A stretch of 38,251 nt of DNA from Pseudobdellovibrionaceae bacterium. GTDB taxonomy: Bacteria; Bdellovibrionota; Bdellovibrionia; Bdellovibrionales; Bdellovibrionaceae. The notes beneath the pieces were generated by a model that was not told the origin of the DNA, did no database searches, and saw only the letters and a list, made by a program, of their open reading frames with translations. Of this stretch, positions 34,307-38,251 are shown one piece after another (positions within the stretch are counted from its first letter, which is position 1; each line of letters begins with the position of its first letter). The position numbers were made by a program, and so were the translations under genes. The stretch is from positions 1 to 38,251 of the forward strand of contig JBIKLL010000020.1 of the NCBI GenBank assembly GCA_044359815.1. Direction: 5' to 3'.

Positions 34307-36430
34307 CTATGGGGCGTCTTCGGATCTGTCCCACCAGCTAAACGGATTCCACAATTTTTGCGGTGTTCTACCCGTGCTGCCTAAATAAGCTAACTCGGAC
34401 ATAAGCTTAATGTCCCCATCTTTTAAGGCATTTCGAGCGCTCACAAAAGTCCTATAGACTCTTGAAATAGCCCTTTCGTTGCCAATTGATTGAGACTCAG
34501 CACCTGGTAAATAAACTCCTACATGTGCAATCTCTGAGGCCTGTCTGGGCGTGATCAATGACATCAAAAATCCCATCCCCGTTTGTGCAAATAAAGGATT
34601 ATTTCTGAGGGCCATTAATTCTGCCAAACGATCAACAGTTGTTACTGAAGGACTGTCATCAAGCATTCTGGACAACCCCTCTGCGATAGCTGGGATAGTG
34701 CCCGATAGCTGATTAATAAAAGGATTTGATCCATAAACGCGTTGTTGAAATGCAGTCGATGGACCTGGATTTTCGACTTTTAACAAATCAGAAACTAAAT
34801 TCATGTCGGTTCTTTGCGACAATTCATACAAATACTTAACGTAAAGTTCTTCTATTGCTCTGGATCCTAATTTGTACTGATTGTTTTTGATTTTTTCTTG
34901 AGCGCCTTTAACAAACAATCCCAGCTTCGTTGCATCCAACACTAGCTGATATCCAGCTCTAGCTCTGAATTCGGTATTTGGAACACCAAACCGCACAGTG
35001 CGAGTCAAAGACTCGGGCAATGTCCTAAGCAATTGTTTTTTGATTGATTGAGCTTTTTCAGAATCAAAACTGTTGTACCGACGAGCCCAAGTCATAACAA
35101 CATTTTCAGGAGAGCTTTGATCAAACTGGCAACTGCTTTTTGAAACCGCTGTCATTTCGCGTTCGCGGTGAAGTCTTAATAAACCAAACAAAACGCTTCC
35201 TGTGGTGGCTTCAACTTTGGTTGAAACGATCCCACATGACGGATTATTTGATTTATCAAAAATGGTGATTTTCTCAGTCATTGAAAGACCTTTTGTCCCC
35301 AATTTTAAAAACTGCAGATCAAATTCCATTTCACCTTCAGCCTTTGTGCCTTTTGATTCTGCCTTAACGCCTCTGACAACGCTGTTTAAATTTCCGCGCT
35401 GTAAATCCCTTTGATACAATTTTTCCAGATCCAAAGTATTCACGCTCACCAAATGATTAATGCTAGCACCCCAAAATAAATCATGAGCCCGTTCGACCGT
35501 GTTGTACCCATTAGATACCTTCATCATGCGGTCAAATGCGGCCGCAACCTGAGGGTCTGTCAAATTCAAATGGTATTCAATAGCCGCAGCTTTGCGCGAG
35601 CCCATGGCAATATCAAATTTATATATTTTAAAATCCAAAAGCTTACCAAGAAGCTTATCAACTAATGATGTGCCAGTTACCAAACCCAGTTCTTGCAATA
35701 AAACTTCGCCAATCAAACCAACTTTGATGTTGGCTGTTCCCATTTTACCTTTTTCGTTAACCAATCTGACAGTGACTCGCTTCTTATCAATCTTCACAAC
35801 GTGAACGGTAAAAAACCCTTCAATAATGTAAGCGACTCCCCCTTGGACCTCTAAATGAAGGGCATCAACAATACCCACGTCTCGCAGATGTTCGATGCCT
35901 ACCACAAATCGAACTAAACCTTTTGTGGAAACCATGTCGCCCACATTCAGTTCTTCAAGCACAGTTTTGCTGGGGGATTTTTTATTGCCCATAACCTGAA
36001 AGGGCATTTCGGTCACAAAATAAGGTCTTTCCAAAATAGCTTTACAAGGGTCATCAAAATGCCTGGTAAAACGGACTGTGATGGAAGGCGTGTATGACAG
36101 ATTCGGATTAGTGTCGGATGTTTTATCGTCATCCAGTTCAGAATTCAATCCTGCAGGAAGACCGATTTTAAATGCATCAATGCGGCTATACACACCAACG
36201 TTTTCGGCCGACTTTTCGACATCCAAAATATATGTGGTTTCCAGATTAATTACGTTGTTAACACCGACTTTAAATAAATCTATGTCAGTATCAAATCCCA
36301 CCTTTGCCAGATAACCCACTCCCTTTTTAACAACCTTGGTGAATTTATCTTTGTTGTCACACACATGGGCCTGTGCCCATGAAACAGACAGCATCAAAAT
36401 CAGCAGATTAAAAATTAAGCCGTTTTTCAT
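34307..36430 (-). CDS. Large secreted hypothetical protein (707 aa)
   Basis: GGGGG RBS; signal peptide ending AQA; beta-rich central part and helical C-terminus; no recognisable catalytic motif. Confidence 0.8.
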   Translation of the reverse strand: MKNGLIFNLLILMLSVSWAQAHVCDNKDKFTKVVKKGVGYLAKVGFDTDIDLFKVGVNNVINLETTYILDVEKSAENVGVYSRIDAFKIGLPAGLNSELDDDKTSDTNPNLSYTPSITVRFTRHFDDPCKAILERPYFVTEMPFQVMGNKKSPSKTVLEELNVGDMVSTKGLVRFVVGIEHLRDVGIVDALHLEVQGGVAYIIEGFFTVHVVKIDKKRVTVRLVNEKGKMGTANIKVGLIGEVLLQELGLVTGTSLVDKLLGKLLDFKIYKFDIAMGSRKAAAIEYHLNLTDPQVAAAFDRMMKVSNGYNTVERAHDLFWGASINHLVSVNTLDLEKLYQRDLQRGNLNSVVRGVKAESKGTKAEGEMEFDLQFLKLGTKGLSMTEKITIFDKSNNPSCGIVSTKVEATTGSVLFGLLRLHREREMTAVSKSSCQFDQSSPENVVMTWARRYNSFDSEKAQSIKKQLLRTLPESLTRTVRFGVPNTEFRARAGYQLVLDATKLGLFVKGAQEKIKNNQYKLGSRAIEELYVKYLYELSQRTDMNLVSDLLKVENPGPSTAFQQRVYGSNPFINQLSGTIPAIAEGLSRMLDDSPSVTTVDRLAELMALRNNPLFAQTGMGFLMSLITPRQASEIAHVGVYLPGAESQSIGNERAISRVYRTFVSARNALKDGDIKLMSELAYLGSTGRTPQKLWNPFSWWDRSEDAP

Positions 36431-36582
36431 TTTAGATTTTCCCCCGTTTATGATTTCGTTAGTTTTCGGTTAGGAAGATAAGGTATGCCCTGAAGACTTA
36501 TCAACTGCTCACTGCATTGATGCCTAAAAAGCTTAATTCTTAAGATTCTATTGAGGTCCCTGAATGTAAAAGATTCCAAATG

Positions 36583-37548
36583 CTAAAACAGCAGGGTGGC
36601 TGAAGCCGTCCATTCGCGCATCAAGTAGTAATTGTAGAGCACACCGAACATCAGATTTTTCGTCGCTGAAAACTGAATGCCTGCAAAAACGTCAGTTTTG
36701 ATCTGCTTGGCAATCAGAGTTTCAGTTTCAAAATCATATTCATCCCGCCATGAATCCTCGGATCTTTGCCCTGCACTAAAAATAAATTTTCTGTAGGAAA
36801 CACTGGTCGTGATCAAGGTGACTTCAAAAAGCGAGGCCTCGAACTGATCTGTGGTGATTGTGTATTTGGAATAATCCACTGCCAAACTGCCCAATGCCAG
36901 GCCAATGCTGGTTAAAACATTTTTGTATTTGTAATCAGTCGTTGTGTTGTTCACGGTATTTAAAAAAGCGTACTCATCGTTGGCCGTTGAAAAACCAAAA
37001 GTAAAGGGTCCAAATATCCCCGACAGACCACCACCAGCAGAAACATTTTTGCTGACCTTGTTGTAAATCCCCATAAGACCCAAGTTCAGCTGAAACCGCC
37101 TGAATCCCTTTTTTTTGTTGTTCACCAAAGTCGCCGCTGTGGCCAGATTGTTTTTCTGGGAAATATATTTGGTCTTGGTTTTTTTTCTGTCTAAGTAAGT
37201 TGTGTTGTCTTCAAAAGCCGGTCTGCCAAAAAAAGTTTCTTCATTATTTGAAAGCGAAATCCCAGCCCCAATACGGCCGTTACCTTTTACCAATGCAAAA
37301 TCCCATTCTGTGCGATAATTGATTCCTTCAAATCCAAACGCATCTTCAGTTGGAAGACTGGAAGGATTTAGGTTAAAACTGGAACTACTGGAAGGATAGG
37401 CAGGACTGGTATTAGAAGTCTTTCTGCCAAAATTTCTGCAGTTGTTTTTGTCAGGATTGCACAGCATATCCAGATCAGAAAACGCCCACCCATTGGGGGC
37501 TATAAAAAACAGTAAAGCTATCAGGCAAAATAAAACCTTTATCATCAA
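36583..37548 (-). CDS. Hypothetical exported protein, probable outer-membrane beta-barrel
   Basis: Signal peptide ending GWA, amphipathic strands and C-terminal Phe (ASATLLF). Start TTG 37548 or ATG 37545. Confidence 0.65.
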   Translation of the reverse strand: MMIKVLFCLIALLFFIAPNGWAFSDLDMLCNPDKNNCRNFGRKTSNTSPAYPSSSSSFNLNPSSLPTEDAFGFEGINYRTEWDFALVKGNGRIGAGISLSNNEETFFGRPAFEDNTTYLDRKKTKTKYISQKNNLATAATLVNNKKKGFRRFQLNLGLMGIYNKVSKNVSAGGGLSGIFGPFTFGFSTANDEYAFLNTVNNTTTDYKYKNVLTSIGLALGSLAVDYSKYTITTDQFEASLFEVTLITTSVSYRKFIFSAGQRSEDSWRDEYDFETETLIAKQIKTDVFAGIQFSATKNLMFGVLYNYYLMREWTASATLLF

Positions 37549-37554
37549 CAGTTC

Positions 37555-37581
37555 TTATCGTCATTCTTATCAATGTTTTGA
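37555..37581 (-). promoter_or_regulatory. Sigma28-like promoter giving a near-leaderless transcript
   Basis: TCAA-N15-GACGATAA, ending 6 nt before the start codon. Confidence 0.45.
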
Positions 37582-37600
37582 GAGTCTTAAAGGATTTTCT

Positions 37601-37629
37601 TTGACAGGCATTTGTTAAACAAATCTAAT
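37601..37629 (+). promoter_or_regulatory. Sigma70-type promoter of the GNAT gene
   Basis: TTGACA-N17-TCTAAT, 9 nt before ATG 37639. Confidence 0.55.
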
Positions 37630-37638
37630 TTTATTGTT

Positions 37639-38190
37639 ATGCAAATAAGACCCTTTTTACAGACTGACATTTTAGATGTGAAGGCTTTTACAGACCAAGC
37701 CATTGGGCAAAATTATTTTACCCAAGATGAGCTTAAAAATTGCTTTGAAATGTCCCTGAAAGACGGAGTGAATTGCTCGTTCGTTGTGGCCGACGCCAGT
37801 AAACAGATCAAAGGTCTTAGACTGTCATACCCTCCTGGCAATTGGTCGAAAGGAAAAGGGTCCAAGATCAATCCTGACCTGTGGGGAGTCGATCGAAACA
37901 AAGTGGCCTATTTTCAAAGTCTGTTTGTTGATGAAAGTCTGCGAGGACAAGGTCTTGGCCCTAAGCTTTCCCTGCTATCGATAGAAGCCTTTCAAAAACT
38001 GGGGGCTGTCGCTATCATAACTCATGCATGGAAGGAATCCCCCAATAATTCATCCACAAAATATCTGGAAAAATTTGGTTTTAATCCACTGGCCGAGCAC
38101 CCTGATTATTGGATCGACGTTAATTACGTCTGCACCCGCGACCAGAACCCCTGCCGTTGCACAGCCATCGAAATGATTAAAAAAATATGA
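37639..38190 (+). CDS. GNAT family N-acetyltransferase
   Basis: MQIRPF start; LFVDESLRGQGLG acetyl-CoA motif A; NNSSTKYLEKFGF motif B. Confidence 0.9.
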   Translation: MQIRPFLQTDILDVKAFTDQAIGQNYFTQDELKNCFEMSLKDGVNCSFVVADASKQIKGLRLSYPPGNWSKGKGSKINPDLWGVDRNKVAYFQSLFVDESLRGQGLGPKLSLLSIEAFQKLGAVAIITHAWKESPNNSSTKYLEKFGFNPLAEHPDYWIDVNYVCTRDQNPCRCTAIEMIKKI

Positions 38191-38251
38191 CAGAAATTTT
38201 TGTCGGCGACTTTGTTCAGACAATGATTTCATATGCGGCTTCCAAATGGGG

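Noticed and set aside
43..38232. Numerous 60-130 aa ORFs antisense to or nested in longer genes (e.g. 8566..8916, 24079..24354, 32232..32621)
   Set aside because: Shadow ORFs of well-supported genes, with no RBS or family motifs.

Overview
AT-rich (about 40% GC by eye) bacterial chromosomal window. It is most consistent with Bdellovibrionota, based on FQNC-type lipoboxes, many secreted hydrolases and hypotheticals, and sigma28/sigma54-like promoters; this taxonomy is inference. About 30 CDS; no rRNA, tRNA, CRISPR or mobile element was seen. Highlights: (1) a six-gene minus-strand operon (hypothetical, mmsA/iolA-type CoA-acylating (methyl)malonate-semialdehyde dehydrogenase, URC1-like GTP cyclohydrolase II homologue, URC4/DUF1688, upp, udk) that looks like a bacterial URC-type uracil/uridine catabolic pathway ending in acetyl-CoA rather than 3-hydroxypropionate; (2) four unrelated signal-peptide proteins, including a SelO-like AMPylase and a C26 hydrolase from normally cytoplasmic families, sharing a terminal [S/R]-C-[E/D]-x-[V/A]-F tag that may be a sorting signal; (3) a 1290-aa Ig-repeat lipoprotein whose VWA domain carries a ~280-aa helical insertion; (4) a decayed FMN-binding glutamate-synthase-family gene with two nonsense codons and a large internal deletion; (5) a recurring TGTCTCA-N3-TGAGACA intergenic palindrome upstream of lipoprotein genes.
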